Shown here: positions 47,543-59,319 of the stretch, piece after piece
How the letters are laid out: the number at the start of each line of letters is the position of its first letter
Position numbering within the stretch: the stretch's first letter is position 1
Source: Cladosporium halotolerans
Lineage: Eukaryota
Direction of reading: 5' to 3'
NCBI RefSeq assembly: GCF_011745625.1
Contig: NW_027191456.1
Span: 744,001 to 808,000 of the forward strand
Length of the DNA: 64,000 bases
Position numbers and translations under genes: made by a program
The notes under the pieces: model-generated
What the model saw: only the letters and a program-made list of their open reading frames with translations
Databases searched by the model: none
Told to the model about the DNA's origin: nothing

Positions 47543-48457
47543 GCAGATATCTCGCGAAGAAGACAGGAAGGAAGAGAGACCCCGCAGCAGCCCATCCCAT
47601 CCCCGCCGCATCCAACCGACGACACTCGCACGTCAGTCCGTCTCCACCGCGCCGCGATCATCGCCGCCGCAGGAGAACCTCGTGCCTGGCGAACCGTTCA
47701 CCCAAACGTGACGCGAATCGGTGCGCGAAACCTTACCTGCGCGCCCAGCTAGGGCACACTCGCGCTTTGCCGCACTCTTCTCTCTGCGGGGAGCGGTTGA
47801 GAAACGCACACTCTGGCGCACTTCTAGAACGCGCAGTAGCTCTGGTGGTGTGGTGCGCTTGCCCGTTTCGAAGCGAGGGGCGCGTCCGAATCGGTGTCTT
47901 TGCCGGGCGTCTTGGGGCGTTTGCATCCACCTTTTGTGGGTGCATGCTTCGGATCAAGCCGATGCGTGCGCGGTCGGCTGCAAGGTGAGGGTAGGTAAGG
48001 TAGGTTTGGTGGGAGGTGTGGCGGGGTATGTAGCTCTGCGGCATGTGTATCGGCTCACTACTTGCGTGTGTTGTGGATGCGTCCGTAAAAGGCCTTACTG
48101 TCGCTCTTTACAGGTGGGCATTATTGAACGGTGGTCGCCTTTTTTATTGGTACTTACGACAACATCAGAATGTGAGGCGATGCAATGGCCGATTCAGAAA
48201 TCATGTTGAAAAAAATAGAAAGATGCATGCTGTACCACAATGCCCTTATCTCGCAAACGCAAACCATACATATTTCCAGGTCAACACCTGCTTTGCTGCA
48301 AACCGTAGTGTATACATTGTGCCCTTCGCCAGCGATATCGTCCTCTTACAAGACCGCATGAAACCACACATATCCCTATAGTATGCGCCCCGCGAAGGTA
48401 GAAAAAACGTAGTCTTCTTCAGCCTTTCCTTCCCTGTCTCAACCGTCTCTTTTCCAA

Positions 48458-49511
48458 TCATCCTCTTTGCCCGTCCCGCAGCTCGCGCCAGCGGGACATC
48501 AGAGGCTTCATCTCCTCCTCGCAGTTGCGCGCCGCATCGCGCGCGCAGCCGTGGAAGTTGGCGACGAAGTCGCCTTCCTGGTAAATGCCTGCGTGCACGA
48601 ATCGTCAGCACACATCCAACAACGCATTCCGCCAGCCGCGCGAAAAAAGAAAAAGGAAAAAGGTATAAGCAAGACTCACCTTCACCACTCGACCCAGTAT
48701 CCCTCGTGTAAGAGTTCAACACCCTCTGCGGCACGAGCGCCAGCTTCGCCAAGACCGTCCCGTGCCACTGCACGATGTGCTCTAGCGCGTGGCCCTCGGC
48801 CTTCTGGAAGTTGTAGCTGCGGTACAGCGGGTCGAACCAGGCGTCGAGGAAGAACTTGGCCCAGTCCGTGTTGCGGATCAGCAGGCTGCCGCCGGCCAGC
48901 CCGTCGTGGTCCTGCGCCAGCACGAAGTCCACGCGCTCGCCCTTCAGGTGCGAGAACGTCTTGATCACGCTGTCCGGCGGCACGACGGGCTTGTCGACGA
49001 TCATGAGGCTCTCGAGCTTGGAGGGCGTGAGGACTTTGTCCGAGAGGGGCTCGCGCGTGTTCATGATTAGGGCCGTGGGCGTGAGGTAGAAGAGCCATTG
49101 GGTGTGAGGGTGCAGGGTCAGGGCGTGTCGGAGGGCCGGGACGGTGGCCCAGGTGGAGGGGACGTTGGGCATGAGGTCGTAGTCTTCGGTGCTGGGGAAG
49201 AAGGTCTCGTAGCCATGGCGCTGGGCGTAGTCGCGGCGGTTTTCTTTGATGTCGTTCGCGTGAGAGGGGCTTAGTGAGGGGTCGATGGGTGTGACGATGA
49301 CGACCTTCGAGGTGCCGGGTGGAGGATTGCGGTCGGGTGGTGTGGGCGAGGACGGGCGGAAGAGATATATGATAAAGACGAAGAGGGCCAGGCCGCTGAG
49401 GAGGTACGGGAGGAGGTTTCGCAAAGAGCGCCGGCGGTGGAGTGTCGAGGCGCGCGCGGATGTGTATGCCTGCGGCTGTGAGGTCTTGCGCGGGTATGGA
49501 AACTGCATCAT
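48458..49511 (-). CDS. GT34 family alpha-1,6-mannosyltransferase subunit (Mnn10/Mnn11/Gma12 family, Mnn11-like), type II membrane protein
   Basis: N-terminal TM, ENRRDYAQRHGY, PVVPPDSVIKTF, FFLDAWFDPLYRSYNF and LEHIVQWH. Intron 48589-48679 is followed by YQEGDFVANFHGC. Confidence 0.88.
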
Positions 49512-50009
49512 TGTAGTTCACGCCGTTGGGTACGGCGGAGATAGTGTATGCGGATTGCTTGCGCAAGAGCGCAATGTGGCCTCAAGGCGTGGGTGCCGAA
49601 TGCGCAGCAGTCGCTCGGTGGTCGTGGTGTCTCGTGTCCGCTTCGTCTGGCTCGTGTTCAAGGCTCCATCTCCTCAGCCCGCGATCTCTGAATGCGATTG
49701 TCTTCCAAATGCCCCAAGTCAAGTGTCCCTGTCTGTACCTGCAGATGCGAACACACGCTCCTGGTTTCCAAGCTTTTTTCCTTCCAGTGCTGACGAGCTG
49801 AAGAGCAACAACTTCCCGAAATTAGCACTCCTCCAAGAACAGATAAGCAAACGCAGGGTGCAAGGAGAAGGTTAAGGTGCGGTCCTTGCCGCGTTGTGGA
49901 TCTTCCCCAGGTTCCCACGTGCCTGCAGCTTTCTCTTGCCTCGACAATTCCATCCCAAAAGTTCGCCTGTGTCCTCTCCGTACCGAAACACTTGCCTGAC
50001 TTAATCTTT

Positions 50010-52103
50010 ATGCTGCCTTCGCTCAGGCACTCCACGCGAGTAGCACGTGCCGTCGCTCCGCACCGATGGCTTGAGCAGACCTCGCCTGGCAGTCTTCGGC
50101 TGCTCTACCGTCAGCCACGATGGGTTGAAGGAGGCCGGAGCCTTTTTTGCCAAACCTTAGGCCGTCGCCAGCAGGCGAAAGCAGACCTATCTACTAATGC
50201 TCCTCTGTCGGAATCGCACCTGGAGCCGGCCCGGAAAACGCCTGAGGGACACAAACTTCCTATAGTCTGTCCAGGATGTGGCGCACCAAGCCAAACGGTG
50301 GATGCAGAATCGGCAGGATACTATGGCGAGAAGAGACGGAAAACAATCATCGCGAAGCTGAGACGAAAAGAGGAGGATGAGGTCTTCGAGAAAGCAATTC
50401 AGAATGGCGCATTACAAGTTGAAAGGGGTGCATCCACAACAGAACAGAACCCAATCGGTCAAGAAGTCGCCCAGAGGTGCGATCGCTGCCATTTTCTTCA
50501 GCACCACGGCATGGGAAACTCAATCATCCATCCGACTATGCAGTCAATACAATCTATGATAGAAGAATCGCCGCATCGCCACAACCACATCTACCATGTT
50601 CTGGACGCCGCCGACTTTCCCATGTCTCTCATCCCGAAACTCACAGATTCCCTCGACTTACCACGCATGCGAACACAAAACCGTCGCTCAAAAAGACTCA
50701 GATATGTCCGCGGCCGTGTGGCAGAGGTTAGCTTTATCATTACCCGAAGTGACCTGCTGGCGCCGCAAAAAGAGCAGGTGGACAAGATGATGCACTACTT
50801 TCAAGAGTGCTTGCGCGACGCGCTGGGTAGATCGGGCGCAAAGGCACGCCTGGGTAACATCAGATGCGTGTCTTCGAAGAGAGGCTGGTGGACGAGGAAC
50901 GTCAAGGAGGACATCTACAGGCAAGGAGGAGCAGGGTGGATGGTTGGAAAGGTCAACGTGGGCAAGAGTGCGCTGTTCGAGAGTGTCTATCCTAAAGGCA
51001 GGGGCCAGCGGAGGGTCGACGCTGAGACAAGGTTCGATGTTGATAAAACACTTACGAGCAACTCGGCGGCATGGGGAAGCGGTGAGGTTGATCCGTTCGA
51101 GGAAGCAGACCCGGATCTAAAGGAGCAAAATTCTGTCTTGAACAGCGAGGAGAACCCTGTGGAGAGCGAGCAGCTGGAGAGCGAGCAGCTGGAGAGCGAG
51201 CAGGAAGCGGTATTCAACGACGAGCAGGCACAGGAGCCCGAAGAAGACGACCTGTTCGACGAGGACGACAGTGGATCCCTCCTACCACCCGCCCAGCCCG
51301 AAACCGCATACCCAGAAATGCCCCTGGTCTCGTCACTACCGGGAACAACAGATTCGCCCATCCGTGTGCCTTTCGGTCGCGGTAAAGGCGAGCTTATCGA
51401 CCTTCCCGGTATCCACCGCAGCTCGCTCGACACGCACATCAAGCCCGAGCATCGCAACGGCCTCGTCATGGAGAGCCGCGTCACCCCAGAGCAACACTCG
51501 GTCAAACCAGGCCAATCACTCCTTCTCGGAGGCGCCATCCGCATCACTCCCAAGACAGACGACCTCGTCTTCCTCATGTACCCTTTCCTCCCTCCGGCAC
51601 TGAACCCGCACGTCACCGCCACCGACAAGGCAATCGCTATCCAGACCGGTGTGCATCCCGAGACGTCAGAGCCCTATTCCGGCACCGTGCCCTCCATCTC
51701 CACCGACGCAGCGAAGCAGTCCATTTCCAGCGCCGGTACCTTCAAACTCGAATGGGACGTGACGAAACGCCGCGCTGGACCCGTCACCAGCCGCTCGGAC
51801 GGCAAGATGAAGTCCGAGAACCTGCCCTTCACCGTCTACGGCGCCGACTTGCTCATTGAGGGCGTCGGCTGGGTGGAGCTCGTCGCGCAGGTGCGTCGCA
51901 GGCGTGACGCGGCCGATCCGTTTGCTGAGACGCCTGGTCTGCCGGAGGTTGAAGTCTTCAGCCCTAAGGGCAAGTTCGTGGGCATCAGGCGGCCGATGAA
52001 CGCGTGGCTGCTGGGTGGGCAGTTGAAGAAGCCGGTGCATGCGCAGAGGCCGAGGCCGAGGCAGACTGTTTCTTTTCAGAAGAGGAAGTCTGGGGGGAGG
52101 TGA
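50010..52103 (+). CDS. GEP3: Mitochondrial circularly permuted GTPase (YqeH/NOA1 family) for mitoribosome small-subunit assembly
   Basis: Zn finger CPGCG..CDRCH, VLDAADFP, G4 ITRSD preceding G1 GKVNVGKS, G2 PGTT and G3 DLPG. Confidence 0.9.
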   Translation: MLPSLRHSTRVARAVAPHRWLEQTSPGSLRLLYRQPRWVEGGRSLFCQTLGRRQQAKADLSTNAPLSESHLEPARKTPEGHKLPIVCPGCGAPSQTVDAESAGYYGEKRRKTIIAKLRRKEEDEVFEKAIQNGALQVERGASTTEQNPIGQEVAQRCDRCHFLQHHGMGNSIIHPTMQSIQSMIEESPHRHNHIYHVLDAADFPMSLIPKLTDSLDLPRMRTQNRRSKRLRYVRGRVAEVSFIITRSDLLAPQKEQVDKMMHYFQECLRDALGRSGAKARLGNIRCVSSKRGWWTRNVKEDIYRQGGAGWMVGKVNVGKSALFESVYPKGRGQRRVDAETRFDVDKTLTSNSAAWGSGEVDPFEEADPDLKEQNSVLNSEENPVESEQLESEQLESEQEAVFNDEQAQEPEEDDLFDEDDSGSLLPPAQPETAYPEMPLVSSLPGTTDSPIRVPFGRGKGELIDLPGIHRSSLDTHIKPEHRNGLVMESRVTPEQHSVKPGQSLLLGGAIRITPKTDDLVFLMYPFLPPALNPHVTATDKAIAIQTGVHPETSEPYSGTVPSISTDAAKQSISSAGTFKLEWDVTKRRAGPVTSRSDGKMKSENLPFTVYGADLLIEGVGWVELVAQVRRRRDAADPFAETPGLPEVEVFSPKGKFVGIRRPMNAWLLGGQLKKPVHAQRPRPRQTVSFQKRKSGGR
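51160..51203 (+). repeat. 15-bp coding tandem repeat (TGGAGAGCGAGCAGC, ~3 copies; ESEQL) in the acidic insert of GEP3
   Basis: Directly visible, with near-perfect copies. Confidence 0.85.
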
Positions 52104-52235
52104 GGTGGCCCGGACGGATTGAGGGAAGTGTACAATATATTCACGAGTTGTCATGATAGGAGCTTGTAAGATAGGAAATGTTCGATGTACAATAGCACGC
52201 TAAAAAGAAATTTATGGCCAGGCAATTGGCAATCC

Positions 52236-54137
52236 TCATCTATGCAACACGACAGGCGTTGCTGTTGATATCCCCACTTCCGCACCATCATCCTCAGACA
52301 TCTCGTCCGGCTCCCGTTTCAAGAACGCCGCGCGCTCCTCGTCCACGAACGACATTCTCTTGCCATCGATGCTCTCGTTCGCCCCCCGTCTCCAGCCAGG
52401 CATACACACCAACATGCCGATGACAACGAGCATCCCTCCAACACCCACAATCGCCACAACAGCACTCGTCGCCCCCAGCGACCCATCATCCACCTGCTCT
52501 TCCTCGGGCTCCTCCGCACCCTTCACCAGCTCCGCCTGAGCCGCAGCCTCAGCCTCAGCCTCATCACCCACCGGCCCATGAACATACCACATTGTCTCCC
52601 CCTCCGCAACATCCACACTCACACTCGCGCCCAACTCCGCGCCATCAGCACCCAACGCAACCGCCCGTACCCACCGCTGAATCCGCTGATTCGGCTGCAG
52701 CGCATAGTGCGACTCGAACCCGTCCTTCGGCAGGTGCGCAAACGTCGTCCACACGCCCTCCGCTTCCGCACCACTTCCAGTCCGCAGCTCCCACGCCCGC
52801 ACCTCCGTCGCGCCTAGCCACGAGACATAGAAGACGCCATCACGCAGCACCAGGTCCACGGGCGCGGAAGGCCACCCCGTCCAGCGGTTCTTGAACGCGC
52901 GGTACGTTTGCACGTCGCCGGAGCCGACGCTCGCGGAGGCTTCGAAGAAGGCGTCGCAGAGCGCAACGCCTTCGGGCGAGAACTCGGTGACGACGCCGTT
53001 GAAGCCGTAGCCCAGCAGGACGTTGCCGGACGGGAGCGTTTGCATGCTGCCTTGCGAGATGCTGAGGATGTCGAGGGCCGGGTGCAGGTAGGTCTGGGTT
53101 AGGGCGGCGGTGGGCGGGGACGCGGAGGTGTTGAGGGTGATTTTTGCGCCGGCGGATTTGCTGTCGATCTGCGTGAACCAGTCCGCGCGGTTGTCGAAGA
53201 AGGTGATGGCGGTGAAGTCGTCGGCCCACTGGGTGTCGTGCTGGCCGGCGAAGGTTGTCGCCGCGCCACCGGAGAGGTCTGTGAAGTTATTGTTCTTGCC
53301 GCCCAGGCGCCAGAGGATCTCGCCGGTCGTGCCGGACACGCACATGATGCTGCGCGTGAAGCGGCCGGAGACGAGGTAGTTGCCCGCGGGGTCTTTGTCC
53401 ACGGTGTTAATGTGGTAGAAGTCCCAGGGCCGGCCTTTCATGCCGTCGGCTTGCTCGTTGATGTCCAGGTATGCTTCCTCCCACGCGACGTGCTCTGAGG
53501 CACGCCATTGGAAAATGGCTTCGCCGGTTTCGAGATCGATCTCTTGGAATAGCGAGTCCCAGATTTCGCCTTGGACCAGGTCGGGGTTGAGGCGGGAGAG
53601 ATCGGCTTCAATTATTTCGTAGATGGTGATGAGCGCGGTGTTGTCCGGCGTGATGCGGAAGTCGTGCAGGTCTGCGTCCAGGTTGTTTGCGGCGTCTATC
53701 TTCTTGAATTCGTCGTAGTGTTCGTCCAGCATGTAATAACTTCCTGCGCCGTGGCCACCAACAGAATCGTCTCCGGCCCAATAGGTGATGTATGGTTTGC
53801 CTCTGTATTCCTGCACCTGTAGGTTGTATACTTCGCCAATGCGGTGGTCTACGGTCCAAATGAGTGATCCAGTAGCATCCAAGACGTATGGCCTGGATTC
53901 AGCGACGTTGCCGCGTAGGGAGACGAACAGGAGAGATCCATCGTCGCAATTGGTGAACGGTTTCATGAAATTCGGTCGCGGTGCCTCGATGCCATCCCTG
54001 CTGAAGAAGGTTTGATGCGGGTAGGAGCCGTAGTCGCCGTGGTTGTAGTGTCCATCGTTGACGAAGGCCTGTTGATCAGCCAGACAGATAGCCAACCAGC
54101 TGAAAGCTACTAAACAAACGAAAAATAGAGAGTACAT
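52236..54137 (-). CDS. Arylsulfotransferase (ASST-like) beta-propeller with a signal peptide and a C-terminal TM anchor
   Basis: VQEYRGKPYITYWAG, DLHDFRIT, FQEIDLETG..FQWRASEH, DFYHINTVDKD, GQHDTQW, SQGSMQTLPSGNVLLGYG and YRAFKNRWTG. Confidence 0.88.
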   Translation of the reverse strand: MYSLFFVCLVAFSWLAICLADQQAFVNDGHYNHGDYGSYPHQTFFSRDGIEAPRPNFMKPFTNCDDGSLLFVSLRGNVAESRPYVLDATGSLIWTVDHRIGEVYNLQVQEYRGKPYITYWAGDDSVGGHGAGSYYMLDEHYDEFKKIDAANNLDADLHDFRITPDNTALITIYEIIEADLSRLNPDLVQGEIWDSLFQEIDLETGEAIFQWRASEHVAWEEAYLDINEQADGMKGRPWDFYHINTVDKDPAGNYLVSGRFTRSIMCVSGTTGEILWRLGGKNNNFTDLSGGAATTFAGQHDTQWADDFTAITFFDNRADWFTQIDSKSAGAKITLNTSASPPTAALTQTYLHPALDILSISQGSMQTLPSGNVLLGYGFNGVVTEFSPEGVALCDAFFEASASVGSGDVQTYRAFKNRWTGWPSAPVDLVLRDGVFYVSWLGATEVRAWELRTGSGAEAEGVWTTFAHLPKDGFESHYALQPNQRIQRWVRAVALGADGAELGASVSVDVAEGETMWYVHGPVGDEAEAEAAAQAELVKGAEEPEEEQVDDGSLGATSAVVAIVGVGGMLVVIGMLVCMPGWRRGANESIDGKRMSFVDEERAAFLKREPDEMSEDDGAEVGISTATPVVLHR

Positions 54138-55026
54138 TATAGGAAATACGAGCGAAAGGCAAAAAGCAGAAAGAAGGCGGATCACGCCATCATGAATGAA
54201 CAAACCTGGCAGGGTCCCTTTTGGAATGCCTACAAGGAGCGCTCAGGGAGCGATACCGCGCAGGGCCACGCATCACAATCTTGCCGAACCCACGTCCACG
54301 CGGCAGCGCACAGCGTCGCGCGAGCCATGTCGACGCTACGACGACCCTTTGGTGTGTCGGTCCGCAAGGGCAAAGGCGACCAGGCCGATTTAGGGTGTGT
54401 CGCGTGCCTGCACAGATGCGTACGCGTGTGCGCCGAAGGAGCCGACTCCACTGCGGTCGTGGCCGGCGAATCAGAGGCGGCTGGAGATGGGGGCTTTGGA
54501 GACGCCGGGTGCACCACTCTGGAGTTCACCCTCACACTCCTTCAGCCCAGCCGGCAAAAACAGTCTTGGGGGGCTGGAGGAGAGATATCGGACACGCCCG
54601 GGCGCTTGAGATGCCTCCACTGGGGAAATCAGTATTGATTGCGCGCCTGTATCTTGACGTAGTACCAAGGCGCATGTGAGCTATGCACTCTTCGGCGAGC
54701 TATCCATCCGTGCCATTTTCTCTAGGGCTGAGGTCAGAAGGGCCGTCGAATACGTCTCTCTCCTGCACCTCTCGGCTCCATCGGCCGCGTATGTCTTCAG
54801 CCCTGAACCCGCCCTGAACTCGCACCTCAAGCCAAGGAGCCTCCCATACGCTGGTCCCACCTCACACTGTCGAAGAACAAGCCTGCCATCCATGCGAAGC
54901 CCGCTACGACTTGTGGTCAAAGAAAAACAAAAGCCTGTTATCCTTGCGAACCATCGTTCTGAGCTGCTGGGATCCGGTTTCGTGATCCATGAGGGGAAAT
55001 GCTTCATCCCGGTGAAGCATTCATCC

Positions 55027-56216
55027 TCAGCCCTTGAAGCTCGACTCCATCTGCTCTCCATGGCGTCTCTCCATGCTACCTCTGACCATTGCCACATACA
55101 TCATCGCCTCGATTTTCAACCCCTCACGCCTTCTGACTAGCTCTGACCGTTCCTCGGAACCTAACACCTTGAAGTCGCGGGCGGCCCTTAACATGCGGTC
55201 GACGAGCGTCGTTTCAAGCCGCAGCTTGCTGAGGCGGCTGGCGGCGTGGCTCGCTTGGTCCATGCTATGAAGAAGGTCAGCCACAGTACGCGTGGGTGTT
55301 CATTCTCGGGCAACGTACCACTGGTAGATGACATAGTCATCAATCTTCTCTAAGGCCACGAGTCTCTCGACGGTCTGCCAGCCTGCCGGCCCCAGCGCGA
55401 CGGTGTCCAGCCCTTGGTGATAATTCTTCAGCTCCTCTTGGGTCCAGTTCGCTGATCTCGGGGCTTTACGCCTCTCAGCGACGCGATCGATGAAGTCGAC
55501 TGAGTCTTTGATCTTCTTGCGCCTCTCGTCGGAGGTCTTGCGGTCGTTCTCCGGGCGTGCGCACAGGCGACAAGTGCAGGTAAAGTTCCAGCGGAACGAC
55601 AGGGCCTCTTGCCTCGCCGCTGTTGTGTCGAGCGCGTCAACGTAGTTGACCAGTATTTCTTCGCCGGCCGCGATATCCTTGGTCGCCACGACCTGGCACC
55701 ACTGCAACCTCAGTCAGCCCTGCGCTCTCGCCCTCAATGGTAAGTTCAACTCACATATTCCCCATCCTCCAGCCTGCCCACCGTCCGCACGGCATTTGGC
55801 GCACACGAGTGGTTAAACCTCGCCGCCTCCTCGAAGACCGCCACCCACTCCCTCGGCCCCTTCCCTCTTTCGGCGACCCCGTTCAAAATCAGCACCTCCC
55901 TCAACCTCTCCGCCACCGCCCGATCCTCCCCCTGTAACCCGTCCTCGTCCACCACCATCCCCTCCCCGCCCTGCAGGGCCAACAAGCGGTTGACAAACCG
56001 CACCATCTCGCCGTCGTCTTCCGTCGCCGCGCCCCCCAGCGCCCGGGCCACCATACTGCGCGCGCTCCCGGACCCCAGCAGCGCCGCGCGCAACTCCACG
56101 GCCCAGAGCGCGCGCTCATCCGCGATCGTGGCGCCCTTCTCGATGGGCGCGAGCGCGAAGATGCCCTGGCCGTGGAGGGCCGAGGCACTCACGGCGACGG
56201 TGGAGGCGAGAGACAT
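55027..56216 (-). CDS. SET-domain lysine methyltransferase (fungal SMYD/Set5-like), three exons; 3' end less certain
   Basis: HGQGIFA..I.KG, ARFNHSCAPNA, ATKDIAAGEEILVNY and post-SET WNFTCTCRLC. Two canonical introns keep the frame. Confidence 0.85.
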
Positions 56217-56808
56217 GCTGGCGGGCGGGTGTCTTCTCGGCGTCTTTTGTGCTGCTGTCTGGTGTTGTGTGTTTTGAGAACGGAGCGTGGGCCGGCGAGA
56301 GTGTCTGTGAGGTGGCGTTAGCGGATTTGTTCGTGGCGCGAAACGATCGGTGGAGGGCGCATTTACGTGGTCAGGTTGTCTTGCGGTGGGAGGGAGGGAG
56401 GAGGGAGCTGCGCTGGGAAGATATAGAGGGAGGCGCTGGCGCTGGCACTGGCATGTGACAGCGCAGAAGCCTAAGATTGTTTGGGCAGTGAAAGAGGGAG
56501 GTGAAATTGGTTTCAGGTGAAAGAAGTCGATCTTCTTAGGTTGCTTTCTAGCGTGTGACACATTTTGTAGTACGGGCGTGGATGGTATTACCTCCTGTGT
56601 GCAGTCACGATAGGCAGTGGAAGCCTTTGCCTCTCAGGATGGTTACGCGAAGTTAAAAACGCTTGCGAAAGGTATCACCTCAAGTTTGGCCAGCATACGT
56701 CCAGAAACCCAACAATGCGTCACCACTTCCAAGCAAACTCCGCAGGCCAAAGTCTGGACGCGGAGGAGACGAACTCCAACCTCCACCTTCATCCCTGAAC
56801 CACATCCC

Positions 56809-57786
56809 TCAAGACGACGGCGGCGGCCCCTCAAACCACCTCCCAAACCACCCCACCGCCTGCGCCTCCGCCCTCTTCCCCCTCTCCGCCTCCTCCAAGT
56901 CCTCCTCATCCGCCCTAACCGCAAACCCATGATGCGCCCCCTCGTACATCACAAACTCATGCTCGACGCCCTCCTCGCGCGTCTTCGCCGTCTTGCCCTC
57001 CAGCACTTTCCGCGTGGCCGCCGCGTCCTCCGCGCTCATCTGCTGATCGATCTCCGCCGCCGCGCACGAGAGCGGGAGGACGACTTTCTCGATGTCGCCG
57101 GGGTACTTGAGCATCGAGGGGTGCGCGATGAAGCCGCAGTCGAGCAGGCGGCGGCCGGCGTCGGTGCGAGTGGAGTCCCAGCAGAGCTCGACGACGTACT
57201 TCCCGCCCCAGCAGAAGCCCGCGGCGCCTATGGGAAGCGGGTTTGCGGCGCGGAGGGATTGGAAGAAGGAGAGGATCTTGGGGCGCGCGACGGCTTCGCG
57301 GCAGTAGATGAGGAAGGGGACGAAGTAGCGCGCGAGATAGAGCGCGTGGCTGATTTTGTAGAGCTGGTTCCAGAAGCCGGTCGCTGAGAGGGCCTTGAAG
57401 CTGATCATTACGTCGGCGGGCATGACAAAACCTGGAGGGTGAGTTTGTTAGTGGGAAGGGGATAAGTTTTGGTGTTTTGTGCTGGGTTACCGTTCATGAA
57501 GTCCGGGAGGATCTGGGAGCTGGTCAGCGGCTTGATCAGATCCATTGTTCGACCGGACATCTGTACTCACCACGCGAAAGTTGCCGTTTTTCGCGTACTC
57601 GTCGGCCAGGATGCGGTTGTTCGGCAGCTCCCATCCAAAAGCATCCGGAATGATGACGACGACGCCTTTCGGTGAGTCCGTCGGAGGCTCGGCGATGTAG
57701 CAATCGAGGCCGTGAAGCTTGTCAACACGGCCTTGCGGCGTCCCTGTATGGAGCGAGCCCGTCGCGCAGCATTGTTTCAAGCTCAT
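56809..57786 (-). CDS. Dienelactone hydrolase family protein
   Basis: CCATGSLHTGTPQG, IPDAFGW, nucleophile GFCWG, AEID and YEGAHHGFAVR. Two introns flank a 22-nt exon. Confidence 0.9.
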
Positions 57787-58383
57787 TGTCACTGGAGGGA
57801 GGTTTGTGTTCTGAGGGAGGCTGCTCGTATATGAAAGGGAGCGTAGGTGGTGGTAGGAAGCAGTTGATGACAGTACGGCTGAAAGCTTTCGAGGATCATC
57901 AGTTCATGCAGGCAGCCTTGCCACACGCGGCACTCGCTTACTGCTGCTGGTTACTTGTATATGTATGTATCAGGCTCCGATGTCGTTACGACGCATCTAC
58001 AGCTCCCGGATATTGTAGCTCTAAACGCCGGCTGCGAGCCGGCCAATGATTGCTCCGCGCGAAGTCGGCAATCGTTTGATGCTTTTGATGACCTTCTAAG
58101 TTCCGAGTAACGCCTCACTCGAGGCCAAGCGGCCTCGTACGATCTCCCACGCGCATTTTGAGACGAATAGTCAAGTGAGGCTGGCCAAGAACTGAGGTGA
58201 AGATAGAGCCCACTGCGTCCGCGCGGGCCGGCCAAAGTTTGGGCAGCCAGAGCCAGCCAGCAGGCGAAGGGACCCCAGTCACACGCGACCATCGAACGAC
58301 GGCTTTGCAAATTTGTCCGTCGATGAGGTGAGGCCAGTCAACCACTTGTAAACTCCATTCGATCGTTTACCGATATCGTAAAA

Positions 58384-59319
58384 ATGGTAGGCCCATGTCC
58401 AAATATAATGGACAAGTTGCGATTGTATTATTTCTGTACTAACATTGCCATGCAGGTGCACGCCGACTCGTCCAACTTCGCCGCGGGCGTTGGCAAGAAA
58501 GAAGCATACGAGCAAGTCATCGAGCAGGCGACCGCCTTGTTCGACGGTCAACGAAACTGGGTATGCATTCCAAAAAATAAAAAAATAATAAAACAAGAAC
58601 AGTCATCCCCAGAAAACAAGATAAAACCATCCCCCAGAACAAACATTATACACAAACTACTTGTCAAAAGCTAACCATCCCGCCACAAACAGGTCTGGTA
58701 CGCCTCCTGAAAAACCCCCTCTCCGAACTTCCCTCAAACCCCAACAATACTAACCCACCACCCTCCCAAAAAGCAACACCTCCAACACCGCCTCCCTCCT
58801 CTGGCACGCCCTCCACGCGCTCCCCCGCCCCAGCTCCGCCGTCAACTGGGCCGGCTTCTACGTCCTCGACCCCAGCGCCTCCTCCACCGGCAAGCAACAA
58901 CTCATCCTCGGCCCCTTCCAAGGCAAAGTCGCCTGCCAAACGATCGCCTTCGGCCGCGGCGTCTGCGGCGCCGCCGCCGCGAGCGGGCGCACGCAGCTCG
59001 TGCCGGACGTGGAGCTGTTCCCGGGGCACATAGCGTGCGATGGGGAGAGCAGGAGCGAGGTCGTCGTTCCGATTTTAGTGGAAGGCAAAGTAAGTGTGGG
59101 CGCTCTCTTGTGTCGTTCGGGGTTGAGTTTTTTCGCACGCTTCGGTGATGGAGTAGCTTTCGCGTTCGAGGGGGAAGAGCCGAGCTGACTTTTTCTTTCC
59201 TTGGATAGGTCGTGGCGATTATTGATATCGACTGCGCGGAGCCGGACGGGTTCGACGAGGTGGATAGGGAGTATTTGGAGCGGTTGGCGGGGATTCTGGG
59301 CGAGGGGTGCGATTGGTAG
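58384..59319 (+). CDS. GAF-domain free methionine-R-sulfoxide reductase (fRMsr, YKL069W-like), five coding exons
   Basis: Spliced MVHADSSNF..QRNWVCNTSNTASLLW..VNWAGFY..LGPFQGKVACQTI..GRGVCG..FPGHIACDGESRSEVVVPI..IIDIDC. Confidence 0.92.

Noticed and set aside
12844..52103. Apparent mitochondrial metabolic cluster (ECHS1, ETF-QO, AAT1, GEP3)
   Set aside because: The genes are dispersed among unrelated housekeeping genes, with no evidence of a co-regulated cluster.
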